From the IMG/VR virus record IMGVR_UViG_3300035157_001069, positions 2,062 through 66,061 of that record: DNA of 64,000 nucleotides, one strand, 5' to 3'. This stretch comes from a virus (taxonomy: Duplodnaviria; Caudoviricetes). The notes under the pieces are model-generated. The model did no database searches. It was not told the DNA's origin and worked only from the letters and a program-made list of their open reading frames with translations. Shown one piece after another: positions 28,740 through 37,995 of this stretch; position 1 is the first letter of the stretch, and the number at the start of each line of letters is the position of its first letter. The position numbers and the translations under genes were made by a program.

Positions 28740-29375
28740 TTAGGTTTCTGTTACGAAAGGAACGTAGGTGTCATCAAGACTAGCAACATCATCTTGTACG
28801 AAGTAAGAAACTTCAACAATGATTGGTGTGCCACCAGCTTCAGAAGAAGTCAAAGCACTTCCAGCGCCGTTTCCAGCTGCATTACGGACATATACTTTGA
28901 GAGTTTCTGCGCCAGCTAAGGTCTTAGCTTCTACTACACCTGTTGAGGCGGAGTTAGGAGCAATAGTACCATCGGCAACTGCAATAGTTGCTGTTGAAAC
29001 TACTGATGTGCTGATTGTGTCAGCAGCAGAACCAGCAGCATCCTTCACAGCGATTGTGTCTGTGTTTGTTCCTACTAAACCAGAAGCGGGAGAACCAGCA
29101 TCTTTATTCTTACGTAGGTCAGGAACTCTAAGTCCAACGCTATATACGTTGGCTCCTGCTGGAAGTACTAATCCAGTGATATCCTTGCGAACTTTATCGT
29201 CAGCACGGAGATCAGGACTAGGGATAGTTACGTCAAACTCAGTTCCGCCTGTGGCATCAACTAGTGCATAACCTATTACTTGGTAGTACTGACGACCAGG
29301 TACAGCAACTACAGGTTGACCCTGGAAGCTACTGAGAACATTGGTCCAGTTACCGGGATAAATCTTTTTAGCCAT
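28740..29375 (-). CDS. Putative capsid decoration/minor capsid protein
   Basis: Directly follows MCP; Ala/Thr-rich beta composition. Confidence 0.6.
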   Translation of the reverse strand: MAKKIYPGNWTNVLSSFQGQPVVAVPGRQYYQVIGYALVDATGGTEFDVTIPSPDLRADDKVRKDITGLVLPAGANVYSVGLRVPDLRKNKDAGSPASGLVGTNTDTIAVKDAAGSAADTISTSVVSTATIAVADGTIAPNSASTGVVEAKTLAGAETLKVYVRNAAGNGAGSALTSSEAGGTPIIVEVSYFVQDDVASLDDTYVPFVTET

Positions 29376-29392
29376 TGTTATTAGTTACCTCC

Positions 29393-30541
29393 TCAATATA
29401 CGAATGAGTAAGCAACAGTTATGAAGTCCTTATTAAGGATTTCAAAACCAGCAAACAAGGACCAAATCATAATGATGAAGCGTGAAAAGTCATCATTATT
29501 ATTTAATAAAATTTGGGCATTGTTGCCACCAATACCAACACCAACTGCCTGAGGTCCGAAGAACAACATTGGGGCAGCTGTTGTCACTGTATTGACAATC
29601 GCAGGAGTTGCATCAGCAATACTTACTTGGAAAGATTTCTCAGGCAAGTTGGTTGATTCGAACCATCTTACGCCCTCGAACAAAAATCCGGTTGGCATTA
29701 CCGGTTGACCTGCAACGAAACCGGCTTGACCATATGCTGGACCCATTCCTTGGAAGAAGTTAGCATTTGGAGCCTGCTCTGGAGACATAGGATTCACCAT
29801 TCCGTTTCCGGCATAGCGAGCTATTTCTCTGAACGCATCGTTTTGTCTCAAGTGCATCATTGCTGTTGGATCAGCGATGCATCTGTAGTACCCATCAGAG
29901 AATGTTGGGACGTTGCGCTTACGCATGTCCTTAACAACCTGAAGTAGGTCTGTTTTTACGTCGAACTTAGCTGATACTCCAGCACCGTATGTAAGGAAAG
30001 GAGCACCACCGGCTTTAGCTTGACCACCTGGGAAGTAGTAACCACCCTGACCGTCAGAAGCTACACCGTTTGCTTCAGCCTTGAATAGCTCGTCCGCGAA
30101 AACCCTGTCACGCCAACGCCTGTAGTCATCCAAAAGAGTTAAACTACCTATACTCTGATGAAAAACGTTAAGGTTGCCGGTATCTAGTAGCAATCTCTGC
30201 GCTGTTAGCAACGTTTCACGCGCAACCTTGAAGGTTGAAGGAGAAGTTGCGTCTGTAGGATCTGCAGGACCTGTATACTCTTTTAGAGATACAAGAACCT
30301 TATCCTTAACGATATTTCTGCTAGACGCTGTACCTAGTGTCTGATCCGCTGTACGCTCTCTAGAATCCTTGTTACCAGGATTTCCCCAGAAACGATACCT
30401 ATCTAGCTGAACCGTTTGGCCCGGCTGTTTAGCGAAATCGTGTACCACTACAGGCTCTACAGCCATCTCGATGATATAACCGGGATGGGGCCTATAAAGC
30501 TCCGCGCCTAACAGTTTTGGGAAATCATTATCAATCCACAT
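29393..30541 (-). CDS. Major capsid protein (N4-gp56-like, HK97 fold)
   Basis: PGQTVQL.RY, V.LKEY, V..MRKRNVP, G.LFEGVRWFEST, FFGPQAVG and DDFSR..W motifs. Confidence 0.85.
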   Translation of the reverse strand: MWIDNDFPKLLGAELYRPHPGYIIEMAVEPVVVHDFAKQPGQTVQLDRYRFWGNPGNKDSRERTADQTLGTASSRNIVKDKVLVSLKEYTGPADPTDATSPSTFKVARETLLTAQRLLLDTGNLNVFHQSIGSLTLLDDYRRWRDRVFADELFKAEANGVASDGQGGYYFPGGQAKAGGAPFLTYGAGVSAKFDVKTDLLQVVKDMRKRNVPTFSDGYYRCIADPTAMMHLRQNDAFREIARYAGNGMVNPMSPEQAPNANFFQGMGPAYGQAGFVAGQPVMPTGFLFEGVRWFESTNLPEKSFQVSIADATPAIVNTVTTAAPMLFFGPQAVGVGIGGNNAQILLNNNDDFSRFIIMIWSLFAGFEILNKDFITVAYSFVY

Positions 30542-30579
30542 TTGGGATCTCTAACTCCGAAAACTTATAGAACAAAAAA

Positions 30580-30595
30580 CACGACATATGACGTG
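30580..30595. promoter_or_regulatory. Near-perfect 16-bp palindrome between the divergent MCP and LAGLIDADG genes
   Basis: CACGACATATGACGTG matches its reverse complement at 14 of 16 positions. Confidence 0.35.
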
Positions 30596-30634
30596 CTAAC
30601 CACTACTATAGATGTAATTCATAGGGAAAAACAT

Positions 30635-31363
30635 TTGGATGCCGCAGACGTTCGTGGGCTGCTCGGACTTTTACTGGGAGATGGCAGTCTTGTCCCATAT
30701 CGCACTCCTAGCGGTGGTTATATTCAATTAACTTTGACAGCAGGAGCTTCTGAGTCTGCTTTTTTGGAAGAAAAAGTAGAAGAATTCAAGCAATTTGTCT
30801 CAACAAAAGCTAAGATTGTTCCCTACAGGACAACTCCAAGAGCTAACGGTAAGACAACTCCGATTCTTCGCTTCAGAGTATCTACCAATAAATTGAGGCC
30901 TGTTTACAACCTCTTATACCCAGTCGGAGAACGTCAAATCACTCCGACAACATTAGATCTTCTAGGAGCACAAGCTGCTGCATGGCTTTGGGCTGAAGGT
31001 GCTCGTATCAGCAAGGACGGATCAGCAATTCTTACTAGGGCTGGCTCTACTTATGAGGAAGCGTATGGATTAGGCAGTTGGCTCTCCCTTCTTACGGGAG
31101 CAATTCCAGAAATTAATACGAATTTTGTGAAGCCAAGGTTGTCTTTCAACGCAGAACAAACAATCAAAATCCAATCGAAACTTTATAACTACGCACCGAA
31201 AACCCGTCGCCATTTATTCACAGGAGAAGATTGGGATGTCAACTCGATTCGTAGCGCACGTACTGAGTTATTGCTTGGGGACAGGGAAGCTCCGCCTGAA
31301 GGGCAGGAAACAAAGGCCATGGCTGGAAATTTCTCGGCTGGAGACAGAGAGACAATATTTTAA
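30635..31363 (+). CDS. LAGLIDADG-like endonuclease (two-motif)
   Basis: LLGLLLGDGS and AAAWLWAEG motifs; likely TTG start at 30635 after AGGGAAAA. Confidence 0.75.
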   Translation: MDAADVRGLLGLLLGDGSLVPYRTPSGGYIQLTLTAGASESAFLEEKVEEFKQFVSTKAKIVPYRTTPRANGKTTPILRFRVSTNKLRPVYNLLYPVGERQITPTTLDLLGAQAAAWLWAEGARISKDGSAILTRAGSTYEEAYGLGSWLSLLTGAIPEINTNFVKPRLSFNAEQTIKIQSKLYNYAPKTRRHLFTGEDWDVNSIRSARTELLLGDREAPPEGQETKAMAGNFSAGDRETIF

Positions 31364-31847
31364 GTCTCAATTAAAAACATTAAAACTACTGCATGATGGT
31401 CCTCTCGATATCTACACGGATAGGCTTCCCACTAATGGCTTCTACGACAAGGAGCGATTCAGAGTACATGGTGAAGAGTTGTATACCGCTTACACCCTCT
31501 TATGCCCAAGAGATCGTCAGGTAATAACTCCCAAAACACTCGATATAGCTCATCACCTTGGAGCAGCTTGCTTGTGGATTGATCAAGGAAGAATGATAGG
31601 GAAAAGAGGATCAATTCGAGGACGTTACTCTGACGAAGAGTATGAATGCCTTGCCGATTGGTTTCAAAGGCTAGGTATAGACGCTGTCGTTCACAGAAAT
31701 CAGAACCAAGTAGTGCAACTCAGCTTCAAGCATGCAACCTTACCAAAACTCTACGATTTAATTCAGCCACATATTCCAGCATCTGTGAATCATCTCACTA
31801 AGATAAAAGAGCTCCGAAGAAGAACTACGTCAGGAGTCCTTACATAG
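31236..31847 (+). CDS. Degenerate LAGLIDADG-like protein
   Basis: VLSYCLGTG and AACLWIDQG motifs, ITPKTLD, LYDLIQPHIP; acidic catalytic residues are replaced. Confidence 0.65.
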   Translation: MSTRFVAHVLSYCLGTGKLRLKGRKQRPWLEISRLETERQYFKSQLKTLKLLHDGPLDIYTDRLPTNGFYDKERFRVHGEELYTAYTLLCPRDRQVITPKTLDIAHHLGAACLWIDQGRMIGKRGSIRGRYSDEEYECLADWFQRLGIDAVVHRNQNQVVQLSFKHATLPKLYDLIQPHIPASVNHLTKIKELRRRTTSGVLT

Positions 31848-31929
31848 CAGGGGATTAATTTTTGTAGTTTCTTAATCCTTTAAAGATTTCAGGTGCGAAT
31901 CCATGGTCGTGCCTGAACGCCTGCTTTTT
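31846..31929 (+). ncRNA. Predicted three-way-junction structured RNA ending in a U-tract
   Basis: Closing stem 31846-51/31920-25, stem 31852-58/31872-78 and stem 31888-98/31907-17 with two G-U pairs. Confidence 0.45.
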
Positions 31930-31985
31930 CTATTCAGTTAAACTGAGTCAGAGGTCGCATTTCCATCCTTATAAATGCCAAGCCA

Positions 31986-32783
31986 ATGACCACCTCCTTA
32001 ACAGGGCAGGTTAATAAAATCAAGAATTCGTATGGAGGTAGTGAAAAAGCCTCTCCATCTTTTCTTCGTCCTGAACATGTAAAATTTAATTCTCCGTCCA
32101 AGGCAAAAGATTACGGTCAAGTCGTCAACTTAGCAACAACAATTACTGGCTCTGTTGGAACAGAGGTCGGCGCTAATACGTTATATTTTAAATTCACTAC
32201 TTCGAGCCCGTCTGATATTAAGATCAATAAAAATACATTAAACAAATACGAAAGCCAATACATTTCGATAGGACTATTAAACAGCAAAAGAGATTCCGTC
32301 CAAGTAACCCCAGGTGGTTTCGCTTATCAAAACGAAATCATCAATACGGACATACAAGAAAATCTGCTACAACTTCCTCAAGATACTTATTATTTAACAG
32401 TCTCGGGATCTCAATGGCAAGCTCTGCCTTTTAGTGTCTCTCTGCAAATAATTAGATACATCCTCCTTGCAGGAGAAGCCAAAGGAATTCTTAATCTTTC
32501 CGGTCGAATTGCTCTGGTCAAGTTGTATGGACTGGCCTCAGGAAGTCTGACTGCTTCTACGACTCTGACTCCGAAAGAGAAGTTAAAGAATCTAGAAGGT
32601 AATGCAGTCGGAATGTCTGAAGCTTATGGTGAACTAGCCATCATGAGAGGAACCATCGTTATGACTAATCAGAACTATGGCCGACTTAAGATGTATTGGA
32701 GGGTTACAGGAGCCGCAACAGGAACTAGTTCCAATACGGCTACACTAACTTCTACACCTCCTTATGGTGGCGGCTACCCATAG
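31986..32783 (+). CDS. Putative virion protein (beta-sandwich followed by a Gly/Thr-rich region)
   Basis: GSVG..LYFKF..YYLTVS pattern. Confidence 0.6.
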   Translation: MTTSLTGQVNKIKNSYGGSEKASPSFLRPEHVKFNSPSKAKDYGQVVNLATTITGSVGTEVGANTLYFKFTTSSPSDIKINKNTLNKYESQYISIGLLNSKRDSVQVTPGGFAYQNEIINTDIQENLLQLPQDTYYLTVSGSQWQALPFSVSLQIIRYILLAGEAKGILNLSGRIALVKLYGLASGSLTASTTLTPKEKLKNLEGNAVGMSEAYGELAIMRGTIVMTNQNYGRLKMYWRVTGAATGTSSNTATLTSTPPYGGGYP

Positions 32784-32836
32784 GTAGACGATAAGCTAAA
32801 GGAAGCACTAAATTCAGGAAGCAAGCCGAAGCACGC

Positions 32837-33259
32837 ATGGCATTTTCTCAGTATCTAGCAACGAAAATCTTGAGTTGGGTTAAGAACTCTACGTTCCCCA
32901 ATGCTTTAAGTAACGTCTACGTCTCTGTTCATACAGCAGACCCTGGAACTGCTGGAACCAATAACGACGTTACCGCTTCTATTAAAGGTTCACCTACGCG
33001 AACTGCAATAGCTAGTACTACCTTTAGCTCCGTGTCTCCTTCTAGTGGTGGCGGTTACGAGATAACTAATTCCATCGTGTCTCAAATTACAACCAGTGCT
33101 CAAAATACTACTGGAACTACCGTGACACATTTTGGGATTTGGGATGCTGCTACAACAGGTAATTTCCTAGCTTCTGGAACTTTGACAACTCCTGTCGATG
33201 TACAACAAGGTGATACTGTTCAATTCAATAGCGGAGCTATGGCTATCAAGGTCGTTTAA
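32837..33259 (+). CDS. Phage tail-associated structural protein
   Basis: YVSVHTADPG..THFGIWDAATTGNFL..GD...F..G family motif. Confidence 0.75.
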   Translation: MAFSQYLATKILSWVKNSTFPNALSNVYVSVHTADPGTAGTNNDVTASIKGSPTRTAIASTTFSSVSPSSGGGYEITNSIVSQITTSAQNTTGTTVTHFGIWDAATTGNFLASGTLTTPVDVQQGDTVQFNSGAMAIKVV

Positions 33260-34349
33260 TAGATTTAAAACCACCTGAATATTCAGTATCCAAAGTAATA
33301 AATTCATTAGAAGGGTCTATTTTGCATAGGCCCTTCCATCTTTTGTGAAGAAAAGAATATAAATGCTCAATAGAATCGTCTAAAGGATATATATCGAGCA
33401 CTGTCCCTGAACTTTCAGATCGATAGCCTCCTGAGATACCTAAAGGACCGTTCCAAGCCTCTCTCAGGGCGTTGAATTGTCGAATTGTATACAACAGAGC
33501 CTTTTCTTCTTCACTGCCTTCCTGAGGCGCGTTATGTGCGTTGTATTGGAGAACTTCTCCTACTGATAAATCCGTTCCCACTGAGCAATGCATATTCAAC
33601 CAATCAATCCTCTTATTCTCATCAAAAGACTCGCATCGGGTTTTATTTAAGAGCCAATCAGCGCAATGCATCACCCATTCTTCTGATTCTCCTCGAATTT
33701 TGATAGCATTATGGATATTTTTTGGTATTTCCCGTACACATGTAACGAAAATTTCATCCCCCTCTTGATATTGCCTTTTACCGTGATCCGATAGCTCATA
33801 TATTGGAATTGCAGCTTTTTTCAGATAAGTATCTCTCGCAGCGAAGAAACTTACAAGACTTAATCCTTCTTCGTACCATAATTGAGCCTCTAACGTTCGT
33901 CGTTTGTACAAAGCATTAGACTTTTTGCCGTGATAACTCGTATAACCCTGTAAAACAGAACCAAAAGAATTATATAACTCTGGATAAGAGACACCATTGG
34001 CCAATATGTAATGTAATTCTGCATATTCTGGGTTGTTATAGAAATCAATCCCAACATTCCAAGCAAAACTAATTAATGCACCTTGTCTTGATGGTCCAAA
34101 ATCTTGCCAATTTGGAATATAACTCAATTGAGGCACTATTTCTTTGACTAATACTTCACGTAAATACTCACGACAGATATTTGCGTCACATATATCACCC
34201 ATCATCACTGAATGACCGTGAGGATATTTAATTAACCCAGTACATATTGTCGGTATTCCTAAAGGATCTAAATATGCATTTGTTTCACACCCTTCAACTT
34301 TGATAATTAAATCAATCGCTTTCTTTAGTGCTGTTTGACTCGTCTCCAT
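33246..34349 (-). CDS. Endolysin: GH24 lysozyme fused to a degenerate peptidase M15-like domain
   Basis: EG..AYLD..IPTI.TG catalytic triad, ALISFAWNVG and RR..EA; C-terminal LREAWNGPL.ISGGYR. Confidence 0.8.
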   Translation of the reverse strand: METSQTALKKAIDLIIKVEGCETNAYLDPLGIPTICTGLIKYPHGHSVMMGDICDANICREYLREVLVKEIVPQLSYIPNWQDFGPSRQGALISFAWNVGIDFYNNPEYAELHYILANGVSYPELYNSFGSVLQGYTSYHGKKSNALYKRRTLEAQLWYEEGLSLVSFFAARDTYLKKAAIPIYELSDHGKRQYQEGDEIFVTCVREIPKNIHNAIKIRGESEEWVMHCADWLLNKTRCESFDENKRIDWLNMHCSVGTDLSVGEVLQYNAHNAPQEGSEEEKALLYTIRQFNALREAWNGPLGISGGYRSESSGTVLDIYPLDDSIEHLYSFLHKRWKGLCKIDPSNEFITLDTEYSGGFKSIKRP

Positions 34350-34545
34350 AAATCAAAGCAAAGCGAAGCGTAGGCTTGACCATTGGTTCCAAGCCTTGAG
34401 CCATTCTGATAGCTGTTGCGTCTGCTGTCTCCTCGCTCAATCCTTTAGATTTCAATATTTGATAAGCCTCGAAATATTTATCGAGCTTATTAGAGGACGA
34501 AGACTGTATTTCGTCAAAGATATCTTCATCGCCTGCTAATCTCAT
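34312..34545 (-). CDS. Hypothetical protein
   Basis: 77 aa, begins MRLAG. Confidence 0.6.
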   Translation of the reverse strand: MRLAGDEDIFDEIQSSSSNKLDKYFEAYQILKSKGLSEETADATAIRMAQGLEPMVKPTLRFALIYGDESNSTKESD

Positions 34546-34581
34546 ATTGGTTTAACAGACAGCAATTTCAATATAACTGTT

Positions 34582-34920
34582 TTACCCTATTAACTCACTG
34601 ATAATCTCTGGATTCTGTTCAGCAAACTGAGCTAATTCAACCTTTTCCCTGATACCTTCTGGGCCTGCATTGGCCTGCATTGTGTTGATTGAATTTAATG
34701 CAAAGGCATCCGCAGCGTTTAGGGCGGTCTGAGTTTCTCTTCGTGCTAATTCTGCCTCCTGTTTAGCTTGATTAATGGCTCCAACGACAGCAGAAGACCC
34801 ATTGGCTACTTCTCTGTTGTTTTGTTTGGCGAGATCGTGTTGTATTTGCGAAGTAGAAGGCTGATTTGGCCTGTTACTCATCTCGTATGCGATTTTATTA
34901 GGTGTTTTTGGTAACAACAT
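34582..34920 (-). CDS. Hypothetical protein
   Basis: 112-aa helical ORF. Confidence 0.6.
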   Translation of the reverse strand: MLLPKTPNKIAYEMSNRPNQPSTSQIQHDLAKQNNREVANGSSAVVGAINQAKQEAELARRETQTALNAADAFALNSINTMQANAGPEGIREKVELAQFAEQNPEIISELIG

Positions 34921-34928
34921 TGGGGAGA

Positions 34929-34946
34929 GCCCCGCAAAAGCGGGGC
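34929..34946 (-). terminator. GC-rich hairpin just after psbA
   Basis: GCCCCGC-AAAA-GCGGGGC; U-tract is weak. Confidence 0.55.
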
Positions 34947-34959
34947 AATAACTCCTCGG

Positions 34960-36045
34960 TTACCCAACTGCAGGAGCAGTAAGGGCTACTACATCAGAGC
35001 TAGAAGAAGCTAGGTCTAATGGGAAGTTATGAGCATTACGCTCATGCATTACTTCCATGCCGAGATTTGCGCGGTTCAAGACGTCGCCCCATGTGGGTAC
35101 GACCTTACCACTTGAGTCTACAACCGATTGATTGAAGTTGAACCCATTTAGGTTAAAGGCCATGGTGCATATACCCATTGAGGTAAGCCATACGCAGATA
35201 ACAGGCCAAGAAGCGAGAAAGAAGTGAAGACTACGAGAGTTGTTAAAGGATGCGTATTGGAAGATGAGTCGACCGAAGTAGCCATGGGCTGCAACGATGT
35301 TGTATGTTTCTTCTTCTTGTCCAAACTTGTAGCCATAATTCTGTGAGTCAAGTCCTGTGGTTTCACGAATAAGTGAAGATGTAACCAGTGAGCCGTGCAT
35401 AGCACTAAACAAAGCACCGCCAAACATACCCGCCACACCTGCCATGTGGAATGGATGCATGAGGATATTATGTTCCGCCTGGAAGACAAACATAAAGTTG
35501 AACGTGCCTGAAATGCCGAGAGGCATACCGTCACTGAATGATCCCTGTCCGAAAGGATAGACGAGGAATACAGCAAACGCGGCAGATACTGGTGCAGAGT
35601 AGGCAACACAGATCCAAGGTCTCATTCCTAGTCGATAACTAAGTTCCCATTGGCGTCCCATGTAAGCTGAGATACCGATGAGAAAGTGGAATACAACAAG
35701 TTGATATGGTCCTCCGTTATACAACCACTCGTCGATGGTTGCAGCTTCCCAGATTGGGTAGAAGTGAAGACCGATTGCATTGGAGCTCGGGACAACGGCT
35801 CCTGAGATGATGTTGTTTCCATACATGAATGAACCAGCTACTGGTTCACGGATCCCGTCGATATCAACGGGAGGAGCAGCTATGAAAGCGATGATGAAAC
35901 AAGTTGCTGCAGTAAGTAGACAAGGAATCATTAAGACTCCGAACCAACCAACGTAAATACGATTGCTAGTAGACGTTGTCCACTCACAGAACTCGTCCCA
36001 CCCCTTCAACAAGCCGCCACTTCTTCTTAAAGAAGAGCTAGTCAT
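34960..36045 (-). CDS. psbA: Photosystem II D1 protein, Prochlorococcus type
   Basis: Full-length D1 ([22 protein letters not shown]) with Prochlorococcus-like LLKGW, FMFVFQ and PTWGDV. Confidence 0.99.
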   Translation of the reverse strand: MTSSSLRRSGGLLKGWDEFCEWTTSTSNRIYVGWFGVLMIPCLLTAATCFIIAFIAAPPVDIDGIREPVAGSFMYGNNIISGAVVPSSNAIGLHFYPIWEAATIDEWLYNGGPYQLVVFHFLIGISAYMGRQWELSYRLGMRPWICVAYSAPVSAAFAVFLVYPFGQGSFSDGMPLGISGTFNFMFVFQAEHNILMHPFHMAGVAGMFGGALFSAMHGSLVTSSLIRETTGLDSQNYGYKFGQEEETYNIVAAHGYFGRLIFQYASFNNSRSLHFFLASWPVICVWLTSMGICTMAFNLNGFNFNQSVVDSSGKVVPTWGDVLNRANLGMEVMHERNAHNFPLDLASSSSDVVALTAPAVG

Positions 36046-36071
36046 TAAAAGTAATAGTACGATTGAACTTG

Positions 36072-36134
36072 TAAGATGAGAGACTTACCCCCATGGTCTC
36101 GGTTTGGGGTAGTTAATGAGTCTTAACGACTCAG
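36072..36134 (-). ncRNA. PhotoRC-II-like structured psbA leader
   Basis: The minus strand reads GAGTCgttaaGACTC..ACCCCaaaccGAGACcatgGGGGTaaGTCTC, a hairpin plus pseudoknot typical of cyanophage psbA 5' UTRs. An extended -10 (TGcTAACAT) lies at 36140-36148. Confidence 0.75.
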
Positions 36135-36190
36135 ATCTAATGTTAGCAATCCGTGATATTACCTGTCTTTATACGACTTATAAGAGCTTC

Positions 36191-36859
36191 TTAAGCAGTT
36201 GGAGTCCAACCGTACACCGCCTCTCTCATTCTTCTACCAAAATCAGAGTCTGTAGTAATACCCTTAAGATCACCAGTGTTCGTATCGTAATCTTTTCCTC
36301 TGTTCAGACCTCGATTAGGATCACCTGCGATCAATGAACTGAACTTAGTTCCTCCATGCACAGCGGATTTATTGCTCAAACTTCCAGGCCTGTTATTCGT
36401 ACCTCCGTAAGTAGAGCTAGACCCGTCTGCTCTTGTTCCTACTCCATGAGTGTTATAAGTATTTTTTCTGCTGTGATTGCTATAACCAAAACCCTCTGCG
36501 CCAGTTTTAATACCTTTGCCTTGCGTATCATTAAATCTCGCATTCACTCGTGCTAAAGCTTGACTGACCTTAAAACCTAATCCGGGACCCTTTGCTTCCT
36601 TATTGGCTTTTCTTTGAGCAGCGATCTTTGCTCCCGCAGAACCCATTTTATTACCGCCTCCCCACTTCTTCCAATTACCTAATCCATGATCGTAATCCTT
36701 GAAAGTTTCTTTAAAGTCTGCGAAATCTTTTGGAGTAGCCACTCGACTCCAATAAAGAGCTTTTGCTATCGTCTTTGCAATGTCTTTATCGCTTTTACTT
36801 CCCGCTTCCTGAATGTGGTTAGCAAATCTTCTCTTGTATTCCTCGATTGAGTCTGCCAT
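36191..36859 (-). CDS. Hypothetical basic Gly-rich protein
   Basis: ORF between scaffold and psbA; likely start MADS. Confidence 0.6.
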   Translation of the reverse strand: MADSIEEYKRRFANHIQEAGSKSDKDIAKTIAKALYWSRVATPKDFADFKETFKDYDHGLGNWKKWGGGNKMGSAGAKIAAQRKANKEAKGPGLGFKVSQALARVNARFNDTQGKGIKTGAEGFGYSNHSRKNTYNTHGVGTRADGSSSTYGGTNNRPGSLSNKSAVHGGTKFSSLIAGDPNRGLNRGKDYDTNTGDLKGITTDSDFGRRMREAVYGWTPTA

Positions 36860-36881
36860 TTTTATTTTTATTTTAAACATT

Positions 36882-36911
36882 AAAAAACCACCGCCGTTAC
36901 AGCAGTGGTTT
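36882..36911 (-). terminator. Intrinsic terminator after the scaffold gene
   Basis: AAAAAACCACCGC..GCAGTGGTTT hairpin. Confidence 0.65.
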
Positions 36912-36924
36912 ATTTAATTCAGTC

Positions 36925-37995
36925 TCAAGCTTCAGAAACTAGAACCTTGCTACGTAATGCATCAGGTGTGGCTTGGCTAAGTAATTGCCATGCTGCCTGA
37001 GGATTCTTGTCGCTAAGGGCTGAGAAGTTTTCCCAGAAGTTATCTCCAGTTGATGCTTGAACGCCTGGAGTAGGCATTTCAATCTGAGGACGTTGGAATT
37101 GCTGAGTAGGTGTTTGACCTGTAGGAGCTTGTGCTTCAGGAGTTTGAGGAGCAGGAGCTTGAGGAGCAGGAGCTTGTGGAGCTACTACACCATTCCTAGC
37201 GTCTTGTGCAGCTATTTCAGCAGCTAAACGATCTTGAGGTAGCTCAACAGGGTGAGGACCGTTAGGACCGAAGAACTCGTTAACATACTCAGACAACATG
37301 TCTGGGTTGGTCAACATTGTGTGATATGCAGCGTTATCTGAAGCTGCAGCATCTATTACTTTCTTTGCTCCACCAATAGTTGTGGTTAGCTTTTCAATTT
37401 TGCCTAATGCTTCCTGAGCAACAGAAGTTTGCTTAAGTAAAGCATCTTCTACGGTACAAGCGTATCTATTTAATAAGGCTGGTGCTTCTGACCCAAAGTG
37501 GTTTAAGACTTCAAGACTTTCGTCGCTTATCTTGCTTAGATACTCGTCTCCGCTTGGCGCTGCTTCTTGCTGTATCGAGGGCTGCGCCTGTACCTGTGGT
37601 GTCTGGAATGACGCCGGCGTTGCTTGGGGCTGATAAGTCTGCATCCCCGATACTGAAGGCGCGGCTTGGTAGGCTGCTGCTTGAGCCAAGTTCGCTGGTT
37701 GTGTCGGAGCCTGAGGGGTCGGAGTTGAGTAAGCTGCCTGGGGCTGGGAGACCTGTGTTCCGTTCAAACTGGCGCTGAGACTCTGGAACGCCTCCTGCCA
37801 TGGATTCGCCTCCTGAACCTGTGGAGCCGCCTGTGGAGCCGCCGGCTGTGCCGAGGGAACCGAAGGAGTCTGGTACGAAGGTTGGGCGTTCTGGGCCTGG
37901 GTTGCTTGGTAACCCGCGTTCGGTACGGGCGCGCTCGATGGAATTGAGCTCTGCTGGGTCGCCGGAGCCTGTGTCGTCTGAATACTGTCCTGCAT
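36925..37995 (-). CDS. Putative capsid scaffolding protein
   Basis: Follows the portal; Gln/Pro/Ala-rich disordered ends around a central coiled coil. Confidence 0.65.
   Translation of the reverse strand: MQDSIQTTQAPATQQSSIPSSAPVPNAGYQATQAQNAQPSYQTPSVPSAQPAAPQAAPQVQEANPWQEAFQSLSASLNGTQVSQPQAAYSTPTPQAPTQPANLAQAAAYQAAPSVSGMQTYQPQATPASFQTPQVQAQPSIQQEAAPSGDEYLSKISDESLEVLNHFGSEAPALLNRYACTVEDALLKQTSVAQEALGKIEKLTTTIGGAKKVIDAAASDNAAYHTMLTNPDMLSEYVNEFFGPNGPHPVELPQDRLAAEIAAQDARNGVVAPQAPAPQAPAPQTPEAQAPTGQTPTQQFQRPQIEMPTPGVQASTGDNFWENFSALSDKNPQAAWQLLSQATPDALRSKVLVSEA

Noticed and set aside
25581-29271. Long antisense ORFs 25581-26138 and 28819-29271
   Set aside because: Mirror frames of Ala/Thr/Gly-rich structural genes.
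30542-31847. Group I intron or intein hosting the LAGLIDADG ORFs
   Set aside because: MCP is uninterrupted and on the opposite strand; no split host gene or intein splice motifs are visible.
35148-35822. Alternative-frame and antisense ORFs inside psbA
   Set aside because: Shadows of the strongly biased psbA codon usage; no protein-like features.
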